DNA of 64,000 nt from NCBI RefSeq assembly GCF_016433145.1, contig NC_058136.1, forward strand, positions 73,188,345-73,252,344, given 5' to 3'. The notes beneath the pieces were generated by a model, which ran no database searches, was not told the origin of the DNA, and worked only from the letters and a program-made list of their open reading frames with translations. This stretch comes from Gracilinanus agilis. Its lineage: Eukaryota. Positions 35,831 to 47,766 of the stretch are shown here, in pieces; the stretch's first letter is position 1; every line of letters begins with the position of its first letter. The position numbers were made by a program, and so were the translations under genes.

Positions 35831-37099
35831 GGCGTGGCCCCGCGGTGCCCTGGCTACTGAATGCACGCCCGCCTCTGGACGCGCTGGCGGGGAGGCGGGA
35901 TCCACCCGCGGGATGGTTTCCAGTCGGATGGGAGAGGAGCGTCCCGAGCAAGGCCGTCGGGCCCACAGAGTCCCGGCAGGCCCGCGTCACGGGGGATCGA
36001 GGGATGAGCCCCAGACGGCGGCGCTCTGGCCCAGAAAGGGGCCAAGAAATCATTCGTGAGCCCCGGCCCGGGCTGTGGACCCAAGCTGAGGTGGGCTCCA
36101 AAGAGAAGAGGAGCTGGCCAGGGCCCTGGGTTCCAGGGACAGACTGCGCAGGAGCCAGGCGGGGCCGGCCCGTGACGTGGAGAATGAGGCCAGTCTGTGC
36201 CAGACCCCTTTCTGAGAAGGAATAGTTGGGGTAGGCCGTGCTCCCACGCGACCAACTTTGCACCACTCGTCCCCACTCAGGAGAAAGGACCAAGACACCT
36301 GCTGAGGCTGGGCTCCATCCACGGGGAGCAGAAGGAGGAAGGGAGAGAAGCAGAGGAGAGCAGAGCCAGCAAGTGGGAGCCCACCGGGAGTCAGGTACCT
36401 GGCAGCCAGCCACGGGCCCAACCATGGCACCAGAAGAGGGATGGAGGTGACTCCCTCTGGAGAAAGGCAGGCCCAAGAAAGCGTCCCGCGGGAAGCTGCA
36501 AAGTGCTCTAAGCAGCAAACTCTGTGCCCGAGGCCCAGGAAGGCCGGCCGGGAAGTACTCAGTATGAGAGCAAAGAACTGGGAATGGCCGCCAGCAACTG
36601 ACCTGAAGAAAGGATGGGGGGCGCGTGGGATGGAAACCCAGGACAAGGCCGCAAAGCGAGCGGGGCAGACCCAGCAAAGCAACAGTGCCGACATGTGGGG
36701 AAACGACAACTCCGACAGACCCTAGCGCTGGCTCGCCTCAAAGAAGTGCTACGGGCTCGGGCCTCCTCCCTCCACCCTGGGAGAGCCTGCTGTGGGGCCA
36801 GGCAGGGGGACGCCCTGGATGCTTTGGCCAAGCTGCTCTCCCTTCTCTGCGATAAGGGATGGCTTTGGGTGGAGGCGGGAGATGGGCAGAAATGGACATG
36901 ACGGAAAGCCAAGAGCCATGACGAGAAATGGCTTCGCCAGAAGGACTTTTCCCGCAATCTCCCTGGCAGGGACAGAGCCAGCCACCTCCTAACTGAGAAA
37001 ACAACACGCAAGATCTAAGGGAATTTCCCCCCCCCCCCCCCAGGGATGGGCTAGACGGCCGGGGAACAGATCCGGAGCAGGATCCGGGCCAGGGCCGGG

Positions 37100-37900
37100 G
37101 TGCTCCAGGGCTCATTTCTCGCCTCTCGGGCACCCCTCGGGGAAAGGCCACCAGCCCTCACGGCCCCTTTCCGGCTAGGCATTGCGGCGGTGAAGGCGCT
37201 CAAAGGAGCGCCGACCCCCCCGAACCCCCCAAGCCCCGCCGTCAGGCAGACCCAGAGTCCCAGCCGCCGTCGGGCCCCCAGCAGAAAAGAGCAGCGCCGA
37301 GGCTTACCGGGGGTCCAGGGCGAGAGTGTCGAGCAGCTCGCTCCTCCGGTAGTCCCAGGCCAGCTCGACGGCCCCGATGTAGTACCTGCGGGTAGCGCCC
37401 AGGCCCCCTTCCAGGAGGCGCAGGAGGAGGGCGGCCAGGAGCAGGCGCCGCATGGCTCCCCGTGTCTGGGAACGCTGGCGGCTTCTAGCCGGGACCCTCC
37501 CCGAAGGAGCCACCAAGAGCAGCCCCTGCCCGAGCTCCAGTAGGAAAGGGAAGCCGGAGGCGGGCTTCAGCCCCTTTGCTGCTGCCAGAATACCTCAGGC
37601 GAGCCAAGCTTGCGGCAGAGGAGAGGAAGGAAGGGCTCGGCGGGCCGACAAGGCAGGAAGGAGAAGCGCCGGCCCACACTGGCCGCCGGCGCCCCGAGCC
37701 CCGCTTTCCACACGTCTTCCCGGAACACGCTGTGCACGGGGAGGGGCCCGTGCCCGGCCGAAGGTCCCCCAGCAGCACGGCTTGGGAAGGGCCGGCGGAC
37801 AAAAGAACCGGCCCGACGGCAACGCTGACCCCTGGCACGAAGCGCCTCAGTGGATGGATCGGGGCCCTCCGGCAGCTGGCGGGCGAGAGCCAGCCTTGCC
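37100..37900. promoter_or_regulatory. CpG island spanning F8 exon 1 and its promoter
   Basis: Dense CpG and GC-box-like motifs around the F8 ATG, judged by eye; boundaries approximate. Confidence 0.7.
37308..37453 (-). CDS. F8: Coagulation factor VIII, coding exon 1 (signal peptide and start of A1 domain)
   Basis: Translates MRRLLLAALLLRLLEGGLGATRRYYIGAVELAWDYRRSELLDTLALDP(R), matching the FVIII N-terminus (human ...ATRRYYLGAVELSWDYMQSDL). ATG context gccATG. It ends at a phase-2 GTAAGC donor, as human exon 1 does. 45 of 48 codons end in G/C. Confidence 0.93.
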
Positions 37901-38869
37901 AATGCATGCTTGGTCCAGGGGGGCCGCCGAAAGGGGATTCAAGTAAAACCAGCCTGCCCGCACTCTAACAATGACAACAGGGTCACACAGCTCTGAGGAG
38001 AGACTGGAACTCAGGTCTCCCTGACTCCAGGCCTCATGTCCTCTCCACTGAGCCGCCCAGCCGGCACCGAGCACAGCAAGATGCTTTTGAACTTACATCT
38101 TCTTTCCTCCCAATAGGAAATGATAGAAGCTTTTCCCTCCCTTGCCCTCAGTTTCCTCCTCTGTAGAATAACGAATGGGGTTCGCCTCCACCGGGCTTCT
38201 GGGATCTAGATCCCACGGTCATCCGCTCAGGGGAAAGACTGTACGAACGAAGCAGGCGTAGAACTGGATTCGAAAGCTGCTCTAAGGACAGTCTTGGCCC
38301 ACGGCTAAGCCCGCCGGGCAGCTCGCTGGCAGGGCTTCGCACATCCTGTGTCCCGAGAACAGCTTCCTCCCGAAGAGCAGGCGCAGCTTCGGCAGAACTT
38401 GGATGCCATCCTGGCCGCTTCCTCCCATTCGCGAACGTGGCCGACGACCAGGTTTCCGTCTTCGGGATATCCTGACGGGAACATCGTGTCCGTGTCCCAG
38501 GACTGACCGCAAAGAAGGAACACGGCGGAGAGAAAGAAAGGCAGGCGGTGCTGTGCGGGGGCTCCATCCACAAACGTGCGGCTGCCGGCATTGGCGGCAT
38601 CTCGGCCACCTGGCTTGTTTCTGCAGGCAGGAGAATTTTCAATAAAATGAAAGAAGGGGAGAGGCAGGGAGGAAGAAACAATGCTGGTGGGCTGAGAACC
38701 GTGCGATAACCGACCGGTGAGCCCAAGCCACTGGAGGCAACCAAATCTTTTTAAAAAATGCTCATTTGGGGAGGGGAGCAGGTAAAGATTGGTGCCAGGA
38801 AAGAGCAGGTCTTTTTTTCCTTCCTTCCTTCCTTCCTTCCTTCCTTCCTTCCTTCTTTTCTCTCTCTCT

Positions 38870-39040
38870 CTCTCTCTCTAAACCCTCACCTTCCACCTTA
38901 GGATCAATACTGTGTATTGGTTCCAAGGCAGAAGAGTGGGAAGGGCTGGCATTGGGGGTGAAGTGACTTGCCCAGGGTCACACAGCTAGGAAGTGTCTGA
39001 GGTCAGATTTGAACCCAGGACCTTCCATTTCTAGGCCTGT
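38870..39040 (-). mobile_element. SINE1_Mdo-like SINE
   Basis: aaaccctcaccttcc...gtgacttgcccagggtcacacagctagg...gatttgaacccagg. Confidence 0.85.
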
Positions 39041-39179
39041 GAATTTCTGGATTACGCAGCAGAAGACCTGAGATTCCAATCCCAGCTTTGCCACGTCCTC
39101 TCACTATAATCAGGGGACACGAGATCGTCCCTCTTTGGTACTCAACAACCTTCACTTGCTCACCTCCCCAAATCCACAT

Positions 39180-40975
39180 TTTTTAGTCTCTTTTTTATTC
39201 AAAGTTGTTTTTTTTAAATTTTCCCAGTTACAGGTAACAACAAGTTTCGCCATTCATTTTCCAAATGTATCAGATCTGAATGGACTCCCTCCTCCCCTCC
39301 CCTCCCCCCCCCCCCGGAGATGGTAAGCAATTTGATCTGGATTATACATGTGTAATCTTGCAAAACATGCTTCCACATGGATCATCGCAAGAGAGTGATT
39401 GTATAGAGCCCCAAATGAACGGCTGTGGACGGCAGTCTGTTTTGATCTTGTGTGTTTGATGATCTATAATGCAAAGTCGAAGTTCTTTTGAGAGTAATTT
39501 CAGGATGGGCACTTTGCCGTCTCCCCAGAATCCAGACAACGAACCTGTTTGGTGGAGGCACCACGAAGATGCCTGGAGAGCCTTCACTGGATCATGAAGA
39601 TTCAAATTTGAACTATGGGGAGTGGAATGCATTTGTTTTGGATGTACGCTCTTATGCCAGTAGGGGGTTGTCCCAATTGGCTTTCTGTCAATGCGGCTAG
39701 TTTTATCCTTTTCTTGTATCCCCAAATTCCTGCAAGTTAGAAGTGGACTATGTTTAAGATCCACCGAAAAAAAAGATGGATCTTTTTTTGCCGGATCTCA
39801 GGGGGAAATGTGTTATTTGGAATTCGGGGGGTCCCATTTAAAAGTATTTGACAAACTTCCTGTGGACATGTGGGGGACTTTGAAACTACATTTTCCGTGA
39901 TCCAATGGGTTTCCGGTTTTGGACGTGGTGACGTCCCCAACGTATAGCATAGCTTAAATTCAGAGGTCGGCCTTGAGACGCTCTCTTTGGCCACTGAAGG
40001 AAGATGGGAGGAGATGAGGACGGGCGGCCTTTTTTGAAATAGTCAAGCGTGGTCGTATATATATATTTTTTTCTCAACATGGCCGTGGGGATTAAAATAT
40101 TAATTTTCCTCATAGTATCAGCCTTTATCATTTTCAATCGTTACAATCTGCATCTGACACCAACAGTTCTTTCTCTGGAGGTGGAGAGCGTTCTTGGTCC
40201 TAAGTCTTCTAGGGTTGCCCCAGATCAGTGCATTGCTGGGAGTGGCCAAGTTTCACAATATTGCTGTGATTGTACACGATGCTCTCCCGGTTCTGCTTCT
40301 TTCACTCTGCATCAGTCCATGCAGATCTTTCCAGTTTTCCCCAAATCATCCTGTTCATCATTCCTTACAGCCCAGTAGTATTCCGTCCCCAACATGCACC
40401 ACAAGTTGTTCAGCTGTTCCCCAATGGATGGGCGCCCCCTCACTTTCCAGGTCTTTGCCACCACAAAGGGAGCTGCTGGAAATACTTTTGTACACGCAGG
40501 GTCTTTTCCCTTTTTATGATCTCGTTGGGATACAGACCCAGCAGTGGTATTATGGGATCAAAGCATACCCTCTGGGCATCGTTCATTGCCCTCCGGAATG
40601 GCTGGATCAGTTCACAGCTCCACCAACAGTGCATTAGCATCCCAATTCCGCCGCACCCCCTCCAGCATTTATCGCTTTCCTTTGCTGCCCTCTTGGCCAG
40701 TCTGCTAGGTGTGAGGCGGTATCTCAGCATTGTTTTAATATGCATTTCTCTAATCAAGAGGGATTGAAAACGATTTTTTCATGTAATCATTGATGGCCTT
40801 GATTTCTTCATCTTGAAGCTGCTTGTTCATGTCCTTTGACCATTTGTCAGTTGGGGAATGCCTTGGATTCCTATGAGTTTGACTTAGTTCCTTATAAATC
40901 TGAGCCATTAGATCTTCATCAGAAAAAATTGTCACCAACATTTCCCCAGTTGGTTGTCTTCCTTCTAATCTTGGT
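39180..40975 (-). mobile_element. Older L1 3' end (ORF2 C terminus at about 40140-40975 and 3' UTR pieces), split by an unidentified insert
   Basis: Minus ORF IREMHIKTMLRYRLTPSRLAK...CWRGCG...HCWWSC...FDPIIPLLGLYP is homologous to the young L1 at 45188-45778. Boundaries approximate. Confidence 0.85.
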
Positions 40976-41339
40976 TACATACCAAAGGAGCATTTTTACA
41001 AAATGATGTTGCCTCAAATGGTTTCAGACCACACATCAGCTATCCCCGTGGTGCTCGGCTCACTGGCATTGTTTATTTCTCTCTCTTCCTTCTTTCCTTT
41101 CTTTCTTTTTCTTGATACTTTATTCAAAATTCTCCTGCCCGGGTCTCAGTTTTCTCTTCTGTAAAATAAGAGGGTTGGGCTCAGTGACTTCTGAGGTCCT
41201 TTCCCCCTTTAAAGTTACGAACTTACAAAGCTGTGACATTTGGGGGAGAAAAGCCACCACTAAAGCAAAGAGATGCTGGATTTATATAAGGAAGGTAGAG
41301 CTGTTTCAATGTTAGGAAAACTATGAACATCACTGACCA

Positions 41340-41660
41340 TGTTAGTAACAAAAACGATAAGAATCATAGGATGATGCCCCATTCTTGTTTAAAAAACACA
41401 AATACACAAAAACATAGGAATAGTCAGAACTTTCCTTAAAACGATAAGGAATGTCTATGTAAAACCAAATGCCAGGATGCTGGGTAATGGAGATAAGCTA
41501 AAAGCCTTTCCAATAAGACCAAGAGCAAGGGAAGGATATCCTGCATCACCATTACTCTTTGATATTGTACTAGACATGACGGCCCTAGCAATAACACAAG
41601 AAAAAAGGGACCAAAGAAGTAAGCCTAGACAAAGAAGAGACAAAGAAGAAACAAAAAAAA
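41340..41660 (+). mobile_element. Older L1 ORF2 RT fragment abutting the young L1
   Basis: NGDKLKAFPIRPRAREGYPASPLLFDIVL resembles the L1 RT segment NGEKL.AFP.RSG.RQGCPLSPLLFNIVL. Confidence 0.7.
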
Positions 41661-42436
41661 TTATTATTAACAAGGGTCCATGGAAAGGCAAATTTAAAGT
41701 TAATTGGAAACTAAATAATCTAATTCTTCAAAACTGGCGGGTCAAAGAAGAAATCATAGAAACAATTACAGACTTCATTAAAGAGAATGACAATGAGGAG
41801 ACATCATATCAAAACCTATGGCATATAGCCAAAGCGGTACTCAGGGGAAATTTTATATCTCTGAGCGCCTATATCAACAAAATAGAGAGGATGGAGATCA
41901 ATGAATTGGGCTTGCAACTTAAAAAATTAGAAAGAGAACAAATTAAAAATTCCCAGATAAAAACTAAAGGATAAATTGAAAGTACTTTGAAAAAAACAAA
42001 TAAAATAGACAAAGTACTAGTTAATCTAATTAAAAAAAGAGGAGAATCAAATTAACAGTATCAAAGATGAAAAGGGTAATCTCACCTCTAATGAAGAGGA
42101 AATTAAGGTAAGTATTAAACACTACTTTGCTCAATTATATGGCAATAAATATTACATTCTAGGTGAAATGGATGAATATTTACAAAAATATAAATTGCCA
42201 AGATTAACAAAAGTAGAAATAGAATATTTAGATAATCCCATCTCGGAAAAAGAAATTGAACAAGCCATCAAGGAACTTCCTAAGAAAAAATCTCCAGGGC
42301 CTGATGGATTCACAAGTGGATTGTATCAAACATTTAAAGAACAACTAATCCCAGTACTGTACAAATTATTTGACAAAATAAGCAATGAAGGAGTTCTGCC
42401 AATCTCCTTTTATGACACTAATATGGTGCTGATCCC

Positions 42437-43072
42437 TGAAGCCGTCCACCGACTCCACGAAGATTCCTAGTGGGTTGGACACTCAGAAAGGGGAACCAAG
42501 GACTGAGTGAAAATGGGTTACGGGTTAAGGATTAATGGAAAGAGAACATAAGGCGAGAATAAAGATACACAGACACAGAAAGTTTTGGCATAAGGTAGAC
42601 AGACAGCAAGTAAGCTCTGATGGTCAAGAGCTTCATGGTTAGGAGCTCTGATGGTCAAGAGCTCTCTTGCCAACTGGTGTCTTGTCACTTTTATTGGGGT
42701 TACAACAGTATGGGGGGAAGGGGAGAGGCTGGTGGCCTGATACATTAACATTATGAGGTAATCATCATAAAATGCAAACTACCAAAACCTGAAACAATAG
42801 GTAGAGTTAAGATCAGGATCCAGGGTGGATCTGGCCTAAGGCATCTACTGATGTTTGATACCTCTGTTAATTGATCATTGAAGGAAAAGTGAGGAGCCTG
42901 AGATAACTGACTCTCTTCTGGGGTGTAGCCTTAGGGAAGGGCTGGGGATTTGGCAAGGTCCACATTCAATTTGACTCAGGATTGCAGAGATCAATCATTA
43001 GCAGTATAAGAGTTAAGTTTTTGAATACTTCTTAAAATAATATCACAATTAATGTATACCTGGATTGCTACA
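42437..43072 (-). mobile_element. Solo LTR (636 bp) inserted in L1 ORF2
   Basis: TG...CA termini; 5-bp target-site duplication ATCCC (42432-42436 and 43073-43077); removing it rejoins the L1 sequence. Minus-strand AATAAA at 42690-42695. Confidence 0.88.
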
Positions 43073-43166
43073 ATCCCAAAGCCAGATAGACCAAAAAGAG
43101 AGAAAGAAAACTACAGACCAATCTCCCTAATGAACATAGGTGCAAAAATCTTAAATAGAATACTAG

Positions 43167-43796
43167 TGTTAACTTATAAAAAACACAGAACTATGAAATA
43201 GTCACAAAGCCACTCTTTAATCAAGGGAAATGGGGAGCAGGGCTGACGAGGCCTCTTATGCAGAGCTGCGCCTTGTGCAGAGTCCAAGGATTGAATGCTG
43301 CTTCGCTCTGCTCCCTGACCCCCTGGGAATGACACCCCACTAGATGACTCCCAGGAACAAAGGAAATGGGGGAAACTTCTACATCGTTTGGGCAGATCCA
43401 GGGGCTGGGAAAGATGATGGACATCATACTGGTAGGGATGGGATTTACAATCAAGCCTGGAAAAGGAATCCTGGCCAGAGGCTAGGTGTTAGGGAAGGGG
43501 CTGCTTACACAATGGACACTAAAGGATGGTCCCTACCCAGGTGTGTCTTCCTGGGAAAGAGTCTCTGATACAATGGGGAAGACCACCTAAGACAAAAGGA
43601 TATTTAGCATTTACATTAGGGTCCATTATTCAGTCTGCAACTGCTGGCCTGAGATTCCCTTCAGGGTGGATTCTCACAGGAACAGGGAACAAACCCAAGC
43701 TTTGGGGGTCTCCGGCCTACAAGTTATTCCTAAAACTTGGGGTTCATCCGATCTCACTCAGCCACAAGTTTGGGGTCTCCAGATTCCACGGCGACA
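43167..43796 (-). mobile_element. Solo LTR (630 bp, ERV1-like by 4-bp TSD) inserted in L1 ORF2
   Basis: TG...CA termini; CTAG duplicated (43163-43166 and 43797-43800); minus-strand ATTAAA about 50 bp from the LTR 3' end; L1 resumes in register. Confidence 0.88.
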
Positions 43797-46670
43797 CTAG
43801 CAAAGAGACTCCAGCAAGTGATCAAGAGGATCATCCACCATAATCAGGTGGGATTTATACCAGGAATGCAAGGTTGGTTCAACATTAGGAAAACCATCCA
43901 CATAATTGACCATATCAACAGTCTAACAAACAAAAATCACATGATTAACTCAATAGATGCTGAAAAAGCCTTTGACAAAATACAGCATCCATTCCTACTG
44001 AAAACACTGAAAAGTATAGGAATAGAAGGACCTTTCCTAAAAATTATAAACAGTATATACCTAAAACCATCAACAAACATCATATGCAATGGGGATAAAT
44101 TAGAGCCTTCCCAATAAGGTCAGGAGGGAAACAAGGATGCCCATTGTCACCTCTATTATTCAACATAGTACTAGAAACACAAGCAGTAGCAATTAGAGAA
44201 GAAAAAGAAATTGAAGGTATCAAAATAGGCAATGAGGAGACCAAGCTATCACTCTTTGCAGATGATATGATGGTCTACTTAAAGAATCCTAGAGAATCAA
44301 CTAAGAGGCTGGTAGAAATAATCAACAACTTTAGCAAAGTTGCAGGATACAAAATAGATGCACATAAACCATCAGCATTTCTATATATTTCCAACATAAC
44401 TCAGCAGCAAGAGGTAGAAAGAGAAACACCATTTAAAATCACCCTAGACATTACCTATTTAGCGCCATACCTATCAAATTACCAAAACACTTCTTTACTG
44501 AATTAGGAAAAACTGTAACAAATTTCATTTGGAATAACAAAAGATCAAGAATATCAAGGGAAAAAATGTGAAGGAAGGGGGCCTAGCAGTACCAGATATT
44601 AAACTATACTCTAAAGCAGCGGTCATCAAAGCAATATGGTACTGGCTAAGAGACAGAAGGGAGGATCAGTGGAATAGACTTGGGGTAAATGATATCAGCA
44701 AGAAAGTGTATGATAAACCCAAAGAGCCCAACTTTTGGGACAAAAATCCACTATTTGACAAAAACTTCCAGGAAATTTGGAAAACAATATGGGAGAGATT
44801 AGGTCTAGATCAACATCTCACACCCTACACCAAGATAAACTCAGAATGGGTGAATGACTTGAATATAAAGAGGGAAACTATAAATAAGTTAAGTGAACAC
44901 AGAATAGTATACTTGTCAGATCTCTGGGAAAGGAAAGATTTTAAAACCAAGCAAGAGTTAGAGAAAATCACAAAATGTAAATTAAATGGTTTTGATTACA
45001 TTAAGCTAAAAAGCTTCTGTACAAACAAAAACAATGTAGCCAAGATCAGAAGGGAAACAACAAATTGGGAAAAAATCTTTGTAACAAAAAACTCTGACAG
45101 GGGCCTAATTACTCAAATATACAAGGAGCTACATGAATTGTATAAAAAAAATCTAGCCATTCCCCAATTGATAAATGGGCAAGAGACATGAATAGGCAAT
45201 TTTCAGGTAAAGAAATCAAAACTATCAATAAGCACATGAGAAAGTGTTCCAAATCTCTAATAATTAGAGAAATGCAAATCAAAACAACTCTGAGGTATCA
45301 CCTCACACCTAGCAGGTTGGCTAAAATGAAAGAAGGGGAGAGTAATGAATGCTGGAGGGGATGTGGCAAAACTGGGACATTAATGCATTACTGGTGGAGT
45401 TGTGAACGGATCCAACCATTCTGGCTGGCAATTTGGAACTATGCTCAAGGGGCTATAAAAGACTGCCTGCCCTTTGATCCAGCCATACCATTGCTGGGTT
45501 TGTACCCCAAAGAGATCATAGATAAACAGACTTGTATGAAAATATTTATAGCTGAGCTTTTTGTGGTGGCAAAAAACTGGAAAAGGAGGGGATGCCCTTC
45601 TATTGGGGAATGGCTGAACAAACTGTGGTATATGCTGGTGATGAAATACTATTGTGCTCAAAGGAATAATGAACTGCAGGGATTCCACGTGAACTGGAAA
45701 GACCTCCAGGAACTGATGCAGAGCGAAAGGAGCAGAGCCAGAAGAACATTGTACACAGAGACTGATATACTGTGGTAAAATCAAATGTAATGGGCTTCTG
45801 TACCAACAGAAAACAATGACCCAGGACAATTCTGAGGGATTTATGGTAAAGACGCTGCCCACATTCAGAGGAAGGACTGCAGGAGAGGAAACACATAAGA
45901 AAAACAACTGCTTGAACGCATGGGTTGAGGCGGACATGATTGGGGATGTGGACTTGAAACGACCACCCCAATTTGGAAATAAGTCGTGATTGATGACACA
46001 TGTTAAAACCAGTGGAAATGTGCATCAACCATGGGGGGGGGTGCGGGGGGTGAAGGGGAAAGTAGGAGCATGAAGCATGTAACCAGGTTAAAAATGAATA
46101 TTAATAAATGTTTAAAAATTAAAAAAAAAAGGAGGGAAGCCACACACATAAATAGTAGATTCTAAGCAGCATTTTTAACAAGGTTCAGATAGAACACTGA
46201 ATGGCTCCCCAGTACCAGTAAAGTTTATGCATCTTGAAGCCTAAAGGCAGGAAACAAGGAGAGAAGGAAACTTTTGAGCCTAGGAATGCTGCTGAAATAG
46301 CCTATAGACTAGGCCTAAGTCCAATGGTAAAGGAGCCCTTATTGCCAATGAATAGATACTCAGGAAATTGAAAAGTGAACCCCAACCTACTTTGGTTAAG
46401 GAGATCTCAAGTGAACTGCCTAAGCAAGAGAATCATTTTCACAAGAATTTTTATCTACAGACTTTCCATTAGCTGACTCAGTGGCAACATTTTCCCTACA
46501 AAGTAAGAGGCAGGATAGTGAAGTAGTTAAAAGGTGAAGGAAAGCCATTTTTTAAATCGCAGCATCTCGGCCTCCCCAAAGGGGGTGTGTGAGAGCTTTT
46601 AAAATTAGGGCAAGTTAGAAGCATTTTTAATCTGGAGAGAATTTTTTGAGTTTTAAAAATCGTCTGGAAG

Positions 46671-46860
46671 GGCAGCTGGGTAGCTCAGTGGATGGAGAGT
46701 CAGGCCTAGAGATGGGAGGTCCTGGGTTCAAATCCGGCCTCAGCCACTTCCCAGCTGTGTGACCCTGGCCAAGTCACTTGACCCCCATTGCCCACCCTTA
46801 CCATTCTTCCACTTATGAGACAATGCACAGAAGTTAAGGATTTAAACAAACAAACCAAAA
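46671..46860 (+). mobile_element. SINE1_Mdo-like SINE
   Basis: Full head and body with A-rich tail; exact 16-bp TSD aaaaatcgtctggaag (46655-46670 and 46861-46876). Confidence 0.9.
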
Positions 46861-47427
46861 AAAAATCGTCTGGAAGTTGAAATTGTCCGTTTTCCATGTG
46901 ATTTTGCGATGGCCGTCCTCGAACGTTTCATTAGAATTTTTCTTCGGATTAGATGATATTTTAGATCTTTGGACGCCACTCTCAGATTCACAAGCCCTGA
47001 TTAGCCTAGGCCGGGGATCTATTTTTGCTTTTATATCTCTATAGTTTGTAGGGTTGGTTATACGACATTTTGGTAAAGTGAGGCAATTCCTTGATTGGGC
47101 AGGTGGTTTAAATAACCCTATAATGGGCGGAGAATGAACACTAAGAGTGAGCTTAGAATCATCTTTGTAGTGAGTAAGCAGGTTGGGAGTGGATCGAGGT
47201 GCTGCCCGCCAAAGGCCCGACACCAGGACCCGGGATTCGAAAGACTTAAAGACTTGGGGGACGTGGGCTAGCGCTGCGTTTGTCAAAATCTGCCAAGGGC
47301 AGACTGCCTACCTTTCTCTGGCACAGCCGTCAACGCGCCCCAAGTGCCAGTCGCCCATACCTGTGCCCCAAGTTACTGAGAGTTCCATTATTGGTCAGCG
47401 ACGTTCAGTCTTGACCAAAAGGGGGGG

Positions 47428-47766
47428 TGTCGACTGTGGAACCTGGAGGCCCCAAACGTGTGGCCTGCTGGGATGCGATGAACCCCAAGTTTTAGGAACA
47501 GCTCGTAGGCCGGAGACCCCCAAAGCCTGGGCTTGTTCCCAGGAAGCCACACCCGGGAAGGGAGCAGCCTTTAGCAGCCACTGTAGGCAGCCCCTTCCCT
47601 GACCCCCAGCCTCTGGCCAGGATTCCCTTCCCAGGCTTGACGGTAAATCCCATCCTTCTCTCCCAGCCCCTGCCTAGGAGGCCTCGCCAGCCCGGCTCCC
47701 CCCTTCCCTGGACTAAAGAGTGGCTTTGTGACTGCTGAATAGTTCTGTGTTTTTTCCAAGTTAACC
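47428..47766 (+). mobile_element. Internally deleted LTR of the same family as 43167-43796, preceded by a polypurine tract (probable 3' LTR)
   Basis: Both ends match the reverse complement of 43167-43796 (tgtcgactgtggaacc... and ...aaagagtggctttgtgact...agttaac). AAAAGGGGGGG (47417-47427) lies immediately 5' of TGT. Confidence 0.8.

Larger units (their letters stand above)
41660..46130 (+). mobile_element. Relatively young, 5'-truncated marsupial L1 (ORF2 EN-RT-C terminus, 3' UTR, poly-A), frameshifted and interrupted by two solo LTRs
   Basis: ORF fragments include [37 protein letters not shown], the RT motif LFADDM, GGLAVPD, HCWWSC-type and AIPLLGLYP. A-rich sense strand; poly-A at 46121-46130. 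The 5' boundary is approximate. Confidence 0.95.

Noticed and set aside
35682-36677. 331-aa minus ORF
   Set aside because: Pro/Gly/Ser/Arg-rich composition typical of stop-poor GC-rich non-coding DNA; overlaps an L3-like fossil.
24597-37308. F8-NT5DC fusion by splicing F8 exon 1 to NT5DC exon 2
   Set aside because: Phase mismatch (2 versus 1) would frameshift the product.
38610-38640. LQKQA on the minus strand resembling CMC4 PCQKQAC
   Set aside because: The conserved cysteines are absent and there is no surrounding match.
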